From the human T2T-CHM13v2.0 reference genome, Homo sapiens, in assembly GCF_009914755.1 (NCBI RefSeq), contig NC_060925.1: 64,000 nt of DNA, one strand, 5' to 3'. The notes beneath the pieces are model-generated. The model did not search any database. It saw nothing but the letters and a program-made list of their open reading frames with translations, and had not been told where the DNA came from. Shown here piece after piece: positions 1 through 11,894 of the stretch. Both the position numbers and the translations under genes were made by a program. The stretch's first letter is position 1; every line of letters starts with the position of its first letter.

Positions 1-19
1 ATAAAGACTAGACAGAATG

Positions 20-359
20 ATTCTCAGAAACTCCTTTGTGATGTGTGCGTTCAACTCACAGAGTTTAACCTTTCTGTTCATAGAGCAGTTAGGAAACACT
101 CTGTTTGTAAAGTCTGCAAGTGGATATTCAGACCTCTTTGAGGCCTTCGTTGGAAACGGGATTTCTTCATATTATGCTAGACAGAAGAATTCTCAGTAAC
201 TTCCTTGTGTTGTGTGTATTCAACTCACAGAGTTGAAAGATCCTTTACACAGAGCAGACTAGAAACATTCTTTTTGTGGAATTTGCAAGTGGAGATTTCA
301 GCCGCTTTGAGGTCAATGGTAGAATAGGAAATATCTTCCTATAGAAACTAGACAGAACG
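20..359 (+). repeat. Representative 340 bp dimer: 169 bp B-type monomer (20-188) plus 171 bp A-type monomer (189-359)
   Basis: attctcagaaa at 20, attctcagtaac at 189, attctcagaaa again at 360. EcoRI site GAATTC at 187-192 recurs every ~340 bp. Confidence 0.95.
145..161 (+). promoter_or_regulatory. CENP-B box (representative; one box position per dimer, about 188 in the window, most intact)
   Basis: CTTCGTTGGAAACGGGA matches the canonical 17 bp motif NTTCGNNNNANNCGGGN. Confidence 0.97.
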
Positions 360-868
360 ATTCTCAGAAACTCCTTTGTGATGTGTGCGTTCAACTCACA
401 GAGTTTAACCTTTCTTTTCATAGAGCAGTTAGGAAACACTCTGTTTGTAAAGTCTGCAAGTGGATATTCAGACCTCTTTGAGGCTTTCGTTGGAAACGGG
501 ATTTCTTCCTATTCTGCTAGACAGAAGAATTCTCAGTAACTTCCTTGTGTTGTGTGTATTCAACTCACAGAGTTGAACGATCCTTTACACAGAGCAGACT
601 TGAAACACTCTTTTTGTGAAATTTGCAAGTGGAGATTTCAGCCGCTTTGAGGTCAATAGTAGAAAAGGAAATATCTTCGTAGAAAAACTAGACAGAATGA
701 TTCTCAGAAACTCCTTTGTGATGTGTGTGTTCAACTCACAGAGTTTAACCTTTCTTTTCATAGAGCAGTTAGTAAACACTCTGTTTATAAAGTCTGCAAG
801 TGGATATTTAGACCCCTTTGAGGCCTTCGGTGGAAACGGGATTTCTTCATATTATGCTAGACAGAAGA

Positions 869-1547
869 ATTCTCAGTAACTTCCTTGTGTTGTGTGTATT
901 CAACTGACAGAGTTGAACTTTCATTTAGAGAGAGCAGATTTGAAACACTGTTTTTGTGGAATTTGCAAGTGGAGATTTCAAGCGCTTTGGGGCCAAAGGC
1001 AGAAAAGGAAATATCTTCGTATAAAAACTAGACAGAATCATTCTCAGAAACTGCTGCGTGATGTGTGCGTTCAACTCTCAGAGTTTAACTTTTCTTTTCA
1101 TTCAGCGGTTTGGAAACACTCTGTTTGTAAAGTCTGCACGTGGATATTTTGACCACTTAGAGGCCTTCGTTGGAAACGGGTTTTTTTCATGTAAGGCTAG
1201 ACAGAAGAATTCCCAGTAACTTCCTTGTGTTGTGTGCATTCAACTCACAGAGTTGAACGTTCCCTTAGACAGAGCAGATTTGAAACACTCTATTTGTGCA
1301 ATTTGCAAGTGTAGATTTCAGGCGCTTTAAGGTCAACGGCAGAAAAGGAAATATCTTCGTTTCAAAACTAGACAGAATCATTCCCACAAACTGCGTTGTG
1401 ATGTGTTCGTTCAACTCACAGAGTTTAACCTTTCTGTTCATAGAGCAGTTAGGAAACACTCTGTTTGTAAAGTCTGTAAGTGGATATTCTGACATCTTGT
1501 GGCCTTCGTTGGAAACGGGATTTCTTCATATTCTGCTAGACAGAAGA
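869..1547 (+). repeat. Divergent four-monomer cassette (HOR marker), first of 24 copies
   Basis: Diagnostic strings: gaactttcatttagagagag, ctttggggccaaaggc, ctgctgcgtg, cattcagcggtttgg, gaccacttag, acgggtttttttcatgtaagg, ttcccacaaactgcgttg, gacatcttgtgg (1 bp deletion). Copies are marked by the 86-aa pseudo-ORF at 892, 2592, 5648, 7008, 8707, 10747, 12786, 14486, 19243, 22642, 26381, 28420, 30120, 32160, 34199, 36238, 37938, 42697, 46436, 48475, 52214, 54253, 57992 and 61391. Confidence 0.93.
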
Positions 1548-4500
1548 ATTCTCAGTAACTTCCTTGTGTTGTGTGTATTCAACTCACAGAGTTGAACGAT
1601 CCTTTACACAGAGCAGACTTGAAACACTCTTTTTGTGGAATTTGCAAGTGGAGATTTCAGCCGCTTTGAGGTCAATGGTAGAAAAGGAAACTATCTTCAT
1701 ATAAAGACTAGACAGAATGATTCTCAGAAAATCTTTTGTGATGTGTGCGTTCAACTCACAGAGTTTAACTTTTCTTCTCATAGAGCAGTTAGGAAACACT
1801 CTGTTTGTAAAGTCTGCAAGTGGATATTCAGACCTCTTTGAGGCCTTCGTTGGAAACGGGATTTCTTCATATTATGCTAGACAGAATAATTCTCAGTAAC
1901 TTCCTTGTGTTGTGTGTATTCAACTCACAGAGTTGAAGGATCCTTTACAGAGAGCAGGCTTGAAACACTCTTTTTGTCGAATTTGCAAGTGGAGATTTCA
2001 GCCGCTTTGAGGTCAATGGTAGAATAGGAAATATCTTCTTATAGAAACTAGACAAAATGATTCTCATGAACTCCTTTGTGATGTGTGCGTTCAACTCACA
2101 GAGTTTAACCTTTCTTTTCATAGAGCAGTTAGGAAACACTCTGTTTGTAAAGTCTGCAAGTGGATATTCAGACCTCTTTGAGGCCTTCGTTGGAAACGGG
2201 ATTTCTTCATATTCTGCTAGACAGAAGAATTCTCAGTAACTTCCTTGTGTTGTGTTTATTCAACTCACAGAGTTGAATGATCCTTTACACAGAGCAGACT
2301 TGAAACACTCTTTTTGTGGAATTTGCAAGTGGAGATTTCAGCCGCTTTGAGGTCAATGGTAGAAAAGTAAATATCTTCGTATAAAGACTAGACAGAATGA
2401 TTCTCAGAAACTCCTTTGTGATGTGTGTGTTCAACTCACACAGTTTAACCTTTCTTTTCATAGAGCAGTTAGTAAACACTCTGTTTATAAAGTCTGCAAG
2501 TGGATATTCAGACCCCTTTGAGGCCTTCGTTGGAAACGGGATTTCTTCATATTATGCTAGACAGAAGAATTCTCAGTAACTTCCTTGTGTTGTGTGTATT
2601 CAACTGACAGAGTTGAACTTTCATTTAGAGAGAGCAGATTTGAAACACTGTTTTTGTGGAATTTGCAAGTGGAGATTTCAAGCGCTTTGGGGCCAAAGGC
2701 AGAAAAGGAAATATCTTCGTATAAAAACTAGACAGAATCATTCTCAGAAACTGCTGCGTGGTGTGTGCGTTCAACTCTCAGAGTTTAACTTTTCTTTTCA
2801 TTCAGCGGTTTGGAAACACTCTGTTTGTAAAGTCTGCACGTGGATATTTTGACCACTTAGAGGCCTTCGTTGGAAACGGGTTTTCTTCATGTAAGGCTAG
2901 ACAGAAGAATTCCCAGTAACTTCCTTGTGTTGTGTGCATTCAACTCACAGAGTTGAACGTTCCCTTAGACAGAGCAGATTTGAAACACTCTATTTGTGCA
3001 ATTTGCAAGTGTAGATTTCAAGCGCTTTAAGGTCAATGGCAGAAAAGGAAATATCTTCGTTTCAAAACTAGACAGAATCATTCCCACAAACTGCGTTGTG
3101 ATGTGTTCGTTCAACTCACAGAGTTTAACCTTTCTGTTCATAGAGCAGTTAGGAAACACTGTGTAAAGTCTGTAAGTGGATATTCTGATATCTTGTGGCC
3201 TTCGTTGGAAACGGGATTTCTTCATATTCTGCTAGACAGAAGAATTCTCAGTAACTTCCTTGTGTTGTGTGTATTCAACTCACAGAGTTGAACGATCCTT
3301 TACACAGAGCAGACTTGAAACACTCTTTTTGTGGAATTTGCAAGTGGAGATTTCAGCCGCTTTGATGTCAATGGTAGAAAAGGAAATATCTTCGTATAAA
3401 GACTAGACAGAATGATTCTCAGAAACTCTTTTGTGATGTGTGCCTTCAACTCACAGAGTTTAACCTTTCTGTTCATAGAGCAGTTAGGAAACACTCTGTT
3501 TGTAAAGTCTGCAAGTGGATATTCAGACCTCCTTGAGACCTTCGTTGGAAACGGGATTTCTTCATATTCTGCTAGACAGAAGAATTCTCAGTAACTTCCT
3601 TGTGTTGTGTGTATTCAACTCTCAGAGTTGTACGATCCTTTACACAGAGCAGACTTGAAACACTCTTTTTGTGGAATTTGCAAGTGGAGATTTCAGCCGC
3701 TTTGAGGTCAATGGTAGAAAAGGAAATATCTTCGTATAAAGACTAGACAGAATGATTCTCAGAAACTCCTTTGTGATGTGTGCGTTCAACTAACAGAGTT
3801 TAACCTTTCTGTTCATAGAGCAGTTAGGAAACACTCTGTTTGTAAAGTCTGCAAGTGGATATTCAGACCTCCTAGAGGCCTTCGTTGGAAACGGGATTTC
3901 TTCATATTCTGCTAGACAGAAGAATTCTCAGTAACTTCCTTGTGTTGTGTGTATTCAACGCACAGAGTTGAACGATCCTTTACACAGAGCAGACTTGAAA
4001 CACTCTTTTTGTGGAATTTGCAAGTGGAGATTTCAGCCGCTTTGAGGTCAATGGTAGAAAAGGAAACTATCTTCATATAAAGACTAGACAGAATGATTCT
4101 CAGAAAATCTTTTATGATGTGTGCGTTCAACTCACAGAGTTTAACTTTTTTTCTTATAGAGCAGTTAGGAAACACTCTGTTTGTAAAGTCTGCAAGTGGA
4201 TATTCAGACCTCTTTGAGGCCTTCGTTGGAAACGGGATTTCTTCATATTATGCTAGACAGAATAATTCTCAGTAACTTCCTTGTGTTGTGTGTATTCAAC
4301 TCTCAGAGTTGAAGGATCCTTTACAGAGAGCAGGCTTGAAACACTCTTTTTGTCGAATTTGCAAGTGGAGATTTCAGCCGCTTTGAGGTCAATGGTAGAA
4401 TAGGAAATATCTTCTTATAGAAACTAGACAGAATGATTCTCATAAACTCCTTTGTGATGTGGGCGTTCAACTCACAGAGTTTAACCTTTCTGTTCATAGA

Positions 4501-4729
4501 GCTGTTAGGAAACACTCTGTTTGTAAAGTCTGCAAGTGGATATTCAGACCTCCTTGAGGCCTTCGTTGGAAACGGGATTTCTTCATATTCTGCTAGACAG
4601 AAGAATTCTCAGTAACTTCCTTGTGTTGTGTGTATTCAACTCACAGAGTTGAACGATCCTTTACACAGAGCAGACTTGAAACACTCTTTTTGTGGAATTT
4701 GCAAGTGGAGATTTCAGCCGCTTTGAGGT

Positions 4730-4746
4730 CAATGGTAGAAAAGGAA
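4730..4746 (+). promoter_or_regulatory. A-box / pJ-alpha-like motif (representative) at the position equivalent to the CENP-B box in A-type monomers
   Basis: CAATGGTAGAAAAGGAA resembles the pJ-alpha consensus (CTAYGGTGRAAAAGGAA) with mismatches and alternates with the CENP-B box. Confidence 0.6.
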
Positions 4747-7700
4747 ATATCTTCGTATAAAGACTAGACAGAATGATTCTCAGAAACTCCTTTGTGATGT
4801 GTGCGTTCAACTCACAGAGTTTAACTTTTCTTTTCATAGAGCAGTTAGGAAACACTCGGTTTGTAAAGTCTGCAAGTGGATATTCAGACCTCTTTGAGGC
4901 CTTCGTTGGAAACGGGATTTCTTCGTATTATGCTAGACAGAAGAATTCTCAGTAATTTCCTTGTGTTGTGTGTATTCAACTCACAGAGTTGAACGATCCT
5001 TTACACAGAGCAGACTTGAAACATTCTTTTTGTGGAATTTGCAAGTGGAGATTTCAGCCGCTTTGAGGTCAATGGTAGAATAGGAAATATCTTCCTATAG
5101 AAACTAGACAGAACGATTCTCAGAAACTCCTTTGTGATGTGTGCGTTCAACTCACAGAGTTTAACCTTTCTTTTCATAGAGCAGTTAGGAAACACTCTGT
5201 TTGTAAAGTCTGCAAGTGGATATTCAGACCTCTTTGAGGCCTTCGTTGGAAACGGGATTTCTTCATATTCTGCTAGACAGAAGAATTCTCAGCAACTTCC
5301 TTGTGTTGTGTGTATTCAACTCACAGAGTTGAACGATCCTTTACACAGAGCAGACTTGAAACACTCTATTTGTAGAATTTGCAAGTGGAGATTTCAGCCG
5401 CTTTGAGGTCAATAGTAGAAAAGGAAATATCTTCGTAGAAAAACTAGACAGAATGATTCTCAGAAACTCCTTTGTGATGTGTGTGTTCAACTCACAGAGT
5501 TTAACCTTTCTTTTCATAGAGCAGTTAGTAAACACTCTGTTTATAAAGTCTGCAAGTGGATATTCAGACCCCTTTGAGGCCTTCGTTGGAAACAGGATTT
5601 CTTCATATTATGCTAGACAGAAGAATTCTCAGTAACTTCCTTGTGTTGTGTGTATTCAACTGACAGAGTTGAACTTTCATTTAGAGAGAGCAGATTTGAA
5701 ACACTCTTTTTGTGGAATTTGCAAGTGGAGATTTCAAGCGCTTTGGGGCCAAAGGCAGAAAAGGAAATATCTTCGTATAAAAACTAGACAGAATCATTCT
5801 CAGAAACTGCTGCGTGATGTGTGCGTTCAACTCTCAGAGTTTAACTTTTCTTTTCATTCAGCGGTTTGGAAACACTCTGTTTGTAAAGTCTGCACGTGGA
5901 TATTTTGACCACTTAGAGGCCTTCGTTGGAAACGGGTTTTTTTCATATAAGGCTAGACAGAAGAATTCCCAGTAACTTCCTTGTGTTGTGTGCATTCAAC
6001 TCACAGAGTTGAACGTTCCCTTAGACAGAGCAGATTTGAAACACTCTATTTGTGCAATTTGCAAGTGTAGATTTCAAGCGCTTTAAGGTCAATGGCAGAA
6101 AAGGAAATATCTTCGTTTCAAAACTAGACAGAATCATTCCGACAAACTGCGTTGTGATGTGTTCGTTCAACTCACAGAGTTTAACCTTTCTGTTCATAGA
6201 GCAGTTAGGAAACACTCTGTTTGTAAAGTCTTCAAGTGGATATTCAGACCTCCTTGAGGCCTTCGTTGGAAACGGGATTTCTTCATATTCTGCTAGACAG
6301 AATAATTCTCAGTAACTTCCTTGTGTTGTGTGTATTCAACTCACAGAGTTGAACGATCCTTTACACAGAGCAGACTTGAAACACTCTTTTTGTGGAATTT
6401 GCAAGTGGAGATTTCAGCCGCTTTGAGGTCAATGGTAGAATAGGAAATATCTTCCTATAGAAACTAGACAGAATGATTCTCAGAAACTCCTTTGTGAAGT
6501 GTGCGTTCAACTGACAGAGTTTAACCTTTCTTTTCATAGAGCAGTTAGGAAACACTCTGTTTGTAAAGTCTGCAAGTGGATATTCACACCTCTTTGAGGC
6601 CTTCGTTGGAAACGGGATTTCTTCCTATTCTGCTAGACAGAAGAATTCTCAGTAACTTCCTTGTGTTGTGTGTATTCAACTCACAGAGTTGAACGATCCT
6701 TTACACAGAGCAGACTTGAAACACTCTTTTTGTGGAATTTGCAAGTGGAGATTTCAGCCGCTTTGAGGTCAAAAGTAGAAAAGGAAATATCTTCGTAGAA
6801 AAACTAGAGAGAATGATTCTCAGAAACTACTTTGTGATGTGTGTGTTCAACTCACAGAGTTTAACCTTTCTTTTCATAGAGCAGTTAGTAAACACTCTGT
6901 TTATAAAGTCTGCAAGTGGATATTCAGACCCCTTTGAGGCCTTCGTTGGAAACGGGATTTCTTCATATTATGCTAGACAGAAGAATTCTCAGTAACTTCC
7001 TTGTGTTGTGTGTATTCAACTGACAGAGTTGAACTTTCATTTAGAGAGAGGAGATTTGAAACACTGTTTTTGTGGAATTTGCAAGTGGAGATTTCAAGCG
7101 CTTTGGGGCCAAAGGCAGAAAAGGAAATATCTTCGTATAAAAACTAGACAGAATCATTCTCAGAAACTGCTGCGTGATGTGTGCGTTCAACTCTCAGAGT
7201 TTAACTTTTCTTTTCATTCAGCGGTTTGGAAACACTCTGTTTGTAAAGTCTGCACGTGGAAATTTTGACCACTTAGAGGCCTTCGTGGAAACGGGTTTTT
7301 TTCATGTAAGGCTAGACAGAAGAATTCCCAGTAACTTCCTTGTGTTGTGTGCATTCAACTCACAGAGTTGAACGTTCCCTTAGACAGAGCAGATTTGAAA
7401 CACTCTATTTGTGCAATTTGCAAGTGTAGATTTCAAGCGCTTTAAGGTCAATGGCAGAAAAGGAAATATCTTCGTTTTAAAACTAGACAGAATCATTCCC
7501 ACAAACTGCGTTGTGATGTGTTCGTTCAACTCACAGAGTTTAACCTTTCTGTTCATAGAGCAGTTAGGAAACACTCTGTTTGTAAAGTCTGTAAGTGGAT
7601 ATTCTGACATATTGTGGCCTTCGTTGGAAACGGGATGTCTTCATATTCTGCTAGACAGAAGAATTCTCAGTAACTTCCTTGTGTTGTGTGTATTCAACTC

Positions 7701-10700
7701 ACAGAGTTGAACGATCCTTTACACAGAGCAGACTTGAAACACTCTTTTTGTGGAATTTGCAAGTGGAGATTTCAGCCGCTTTGAGGTCAATGGTAGAAAA
7801 GGAAACTATCTTCATATAAAGACTAGACAGAATGATTCTCAGAAACTCCTTTGTGATGTGTGCGTTCAACTCACAAAGTTTAACTTTTCTTTTCATAGAG
7901 CAGTTAGGTAACACTCTGTTTGTAAAGTCTGCAAGTGGATATTCAGACCTCTTTGAGGCCTTCGTTGGAAACGGGATTTCTTCATATTATGCTAGACAGA
8001 ATAATTCTCAGTAACTTCCTTGTGTTGTGTGTATTCAACTCACAGAGTTGAACGATGCTTTACACAGAGCAGACTTGAAACATTCTTTTTGTGGAATTTG
8101 CAACTGGAGATTTCAGCCGCTTTGAGGTCAATGGTAGAATAGGAAATATCTTCCTATAGAAACTAGACAGAACGATTCTCAGAAACTCCTTTGTGATGTG
8201 TGCGTTCAACTCACAGAGTTTAACTTTTCTTTTCATAGAGCCGTTAGGAAACACTCTGTTTGTAAAGTCTGCAAGTGGATATTCAGACCTCTTTGAGGCC
8301 TTCGTTGGAAACGGGATTTCTTCCTATTCTGCTAGACAGAAGAATTCTCAGTAACTTCCTTGTGTTGTGTGTATTCAACTCACAGAGTTGAACGATCCTT
8401 TACACAGAGCAGACTTGAAACACTCTTTTTGTGGAATTTGCAAGTGGAGATTTCAGCCGCTTTCAGGTCAATAGTAGAAAAGGAAATATCTTCGTAGAAA
8501 AACTAGACAGAATGATTCTCAGAAACTCCTTTGTGATGTGTGTGTTCAACTCACAGAGTTTAACCTTTCTTTTCATAGAGCAGTTAGTAAACACTCTGTT
8601 TATAAAGTCTGCAAGTGGATATTCAGACCCCTTTGAGGCCTTCGTTGGAAACGGGATTTCTTCATATTATGCTAGACAGAAGAATTCTCAGTAACTTCCT
8701 TGTGTTGTGTGTATTCAACTGACAGAGTTGAACGTTCATTTAGAGAGAGCCGATTTGAAACACTGTTTTTGTGGAATTTGCAATTGGAGATTTCAAGCGC
8801 TTTGGGGCCAAAGGCAGAAAAGGAAATATCTTCGTATAAAAACTAGACAGAATCATTCTCAGAAACTGCTGCGTGATGTGTGCGTTCAACTCTCAGAGTT
8901 TAACTTTTCTTTTCATTCAGCGGTTTGGAAACATTCTGTTTGTAAAGTCTGCACGTGGATATTTTGACCACTTAGAGGCCTTCGTTGGAAACGGGTTTTT
9001 TTCATGTAAGGCTAGACAGAAGAATTCCCAGTAACTTCCTTGTGTTGTGTGCATTCAACTCACAGAGTTGAACGTTCCCTTAGACAGAGCAGATTTGAAA
9101 CACTCTATTTGTGCAATTTGCAAGTGTAGATTTCAAGCGCTTTAAGGTCAATGGCAGAAAAGGAAATATCTTCGTTTCAAAACTAGACAGAATCATTCCC
9201 ACAAACTGCGTTGTGATGTGTTCGTTCAACTCACAGAGTTTAACCTTTCTGTTCATAGAGCAGTTAGGAAACACTCTGTTTGTAAAGTCTGCAAGTAGAT
9301 ATTGAGACCTCCTAGAGGCCTTCGTTGGAAACGGGATTTCTTCATATTCTGCTAGACAGAAGAATTCTCAGTAACTTCCTTGTGTTGTGTGTATTCAACG
9401 CACAGAGTTGAACGATCCTTTACACAGAGCAGACTTGAAACACTCTTTTTGTGGAATTTGCAAGTGGAGATTTCAGCCGCTTTGAGGTCAATGGTAGAAA
9501 AGGAAACTATCTTCATATAAAGACTAGACAGAATGATTCTCAGAAAATCTTTTGTGATGTGTGCGTTCAACTCACAGAGTTTAACTTTTCTTCTCATAGA
9601 GCAGTTAGGAAACACTCTGTTTGTAAAGTCTGCAAGTGGATATTCAGACCTCTTTGAGGCCTTCGTTGGAAACGGGATTTCTTCATATTATGCTAGACAG
9701 AATAATTCTCAGTAACTTCCTTGTGTTGTGTGTATTCAACTCACAGAGTTGAAGGATCCTTTACAGAGAGCAGGCTTGAAACACTCTTTTTGTCGAATTT
9801 GCAAGTGGAGATTTCAGCCGCTTTGAGGTCAATGGTAGAATAGGAAATATCTTCTTATAGAAACTAGACAGAATGATTCTCATAAACTCCTTTGTGATGT
9901 GTGCGTTCATCTCACAGAGTTTAACCTTTCTTTTCATAGAGCAGTTAGGAAACACTCTGTTTGTAAAGTCTGCAAGTGGATATTCAGACCTCCTTGAGGC
10001 CTTCGTTGGAAACGGGATTTCTTCATATTCTGCTAGACAGAAGAATTCTCAGTAACTTCCTTGTGTTGTGTTTATTCAACTCACAGAGTTGAATGATCCT
10101 TTACACAGAGGAGACTTGAAACACTCTTTTTGTGGAATTTGCAAGTGGAGATTTCAGCCGCTTTGAAGTCAATGGTAGAAAAGTAAATATCTTCGTATAA
10201 AGACTGGACAGAATGATTCTCAGAAACTCCTTTGTGATGTGTGCGTTCAACTCACAGAGTTTAACCTTTCTGTTCATAGAGCAGTTAGGAAACACTCTGT
10301 TTGTAAAGTCTGTAAGTGGATATTCTGACATCTTGTGGCCTTCGTTGGAAACGGGATTTCTTCATATTCTGCTAGACAGAAGAATTCTCAGTAACTTCCT
10401 TGTGTTGTGTGTATTCAACTCACAGAGTTGAACGATCCTTTACACAGAGCATACTTGAAACACTCTATTTGTAGAATTTGCAAGTGGAGATTTCAGCCGC
10501 TTTGAGGTCAATGGTAGAAAAGGAAATATCTTCGTAGAAAAACTAGACAGAATGATTCTCAGAAACTCCTTTGTGATGTGTGTGTTCAACTCACAGAGTT
10601 TAACGTTTCTTTTCATAGAGCAGTTAGTAAACACTCTGTTTATAAAGTCTGCAAGTGTATATTCAGACCCCTTTGAGGCCTTCGTTGGAAACGGGATTTC

Positions 10701-11894
10701 TTCATATTATGCTAGACAGAAGAATTCTCAGTAACTTCCTTGTGTTGTGTGTATTCAACTGACAGAGTTGAACTTTCATTTAGAGAGAGCAGATTTGAAA
10801 CACTGTTTTTGTGGAATTTGCAAGTGGAGATTTCAAGCGCTTTGGGGCCAAAGGCAAAAAAGGAAATATCTTCGTATAAAAACTAGACAGAATCATTCTC
10901 AGAAACTGCTGCGTGATGTGTGCGTTCAACTCTCAGAGTTTAACTTTTCTTTTCATTCAGCGGTTTGGAAACACTCTGTTTGTAAAGTCTGCACGTGGAA
11001 ATTTTGACCACTTAGAGGCCTTCGTTGGAAACGGGTTTTTTTCATGTAAGGCTAGACAGAAGAATTCCCAGTAACTTCCTTGTGTTGTGTGCATTCAACT
11101 CACAGAGTTGAACGTTCCCTTAGACAGAGCAGATTTGAAACACTCTATTTGTGCAATTTGCAAGTGTAGTTTTCAAGCTCTTTAAGGTCAACGGCAGAAA
11201 AGGAAATATCTTGGTTTCAAAACTAGACAGAATCATTCCCACAAACTGCGTTGTGATGTGTTCGTTCAACTCACAGAGTTTAACCTTTCTGTTCATAGAG
11301 CAGTTAGGAAACACTCTGTTTGTAAAGTCTGTAAGTGGATATTCAGACATCTTGTGGCCTTCGTTGGAAACGGGATTTCTTCATATTCTGCTAGACAGAA
11401 GAATTCTCAGTAACTTCCTTGTGTTGTGTGTATTCAACTCACAGAATTGAACGATCCTTTACACAGAGCAGACTTGAAACATTCTTTTTGTGGAATTTGC
11501 AAGTGGAGATTTCAGCCGCTTTGAGGTCAATGGTAGAATAGGAAATATCTTCCTATAGAAACTAGACAGAACGATTCTCAGAAACTCCTTTGTGATGTGT
11601 GCGTTCAACTCACAGAGTTTAACCTTTCTTTTCATAGAGCAGTTAGGAAACACTCTGTTTGTAAAGTCTGCAAGTGGATATTCAGACCTCTTTGAGGCCT
11701 TCGTTGTAAACGGGATTTCTTCATATTCTGCTAGACAGAAGAATTCTCAGTAACTTCCTTGTGTTGTGTGTATTCAACTCACAGAGTTGAACGATCCTTT
11801 ACACAGAGCAGACTTGAAACACTCTTTTTGTGGAATTTGCAAGTGGAGATTTCAGCCGCTTTGTGGTCAATGGTAGAAAAGGAAATATCTTCGT

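Noticed and set aside
1137-1142. E-box CACGTG in each cassette
   Set aside because: It is a single-base variant of the caagtg consensus; a 6 bp motif with no supporting context.
892-1152. Cys/His-rich 86-aa ORF with CxxC pairs resembling a zinc finger
   Set aside because: The cysteines come from TGT/TGC-rich satellite motifs (tgtggaatttgc, tgtaaagtctgc); there is no coherent finger spacing or evidence of coding.
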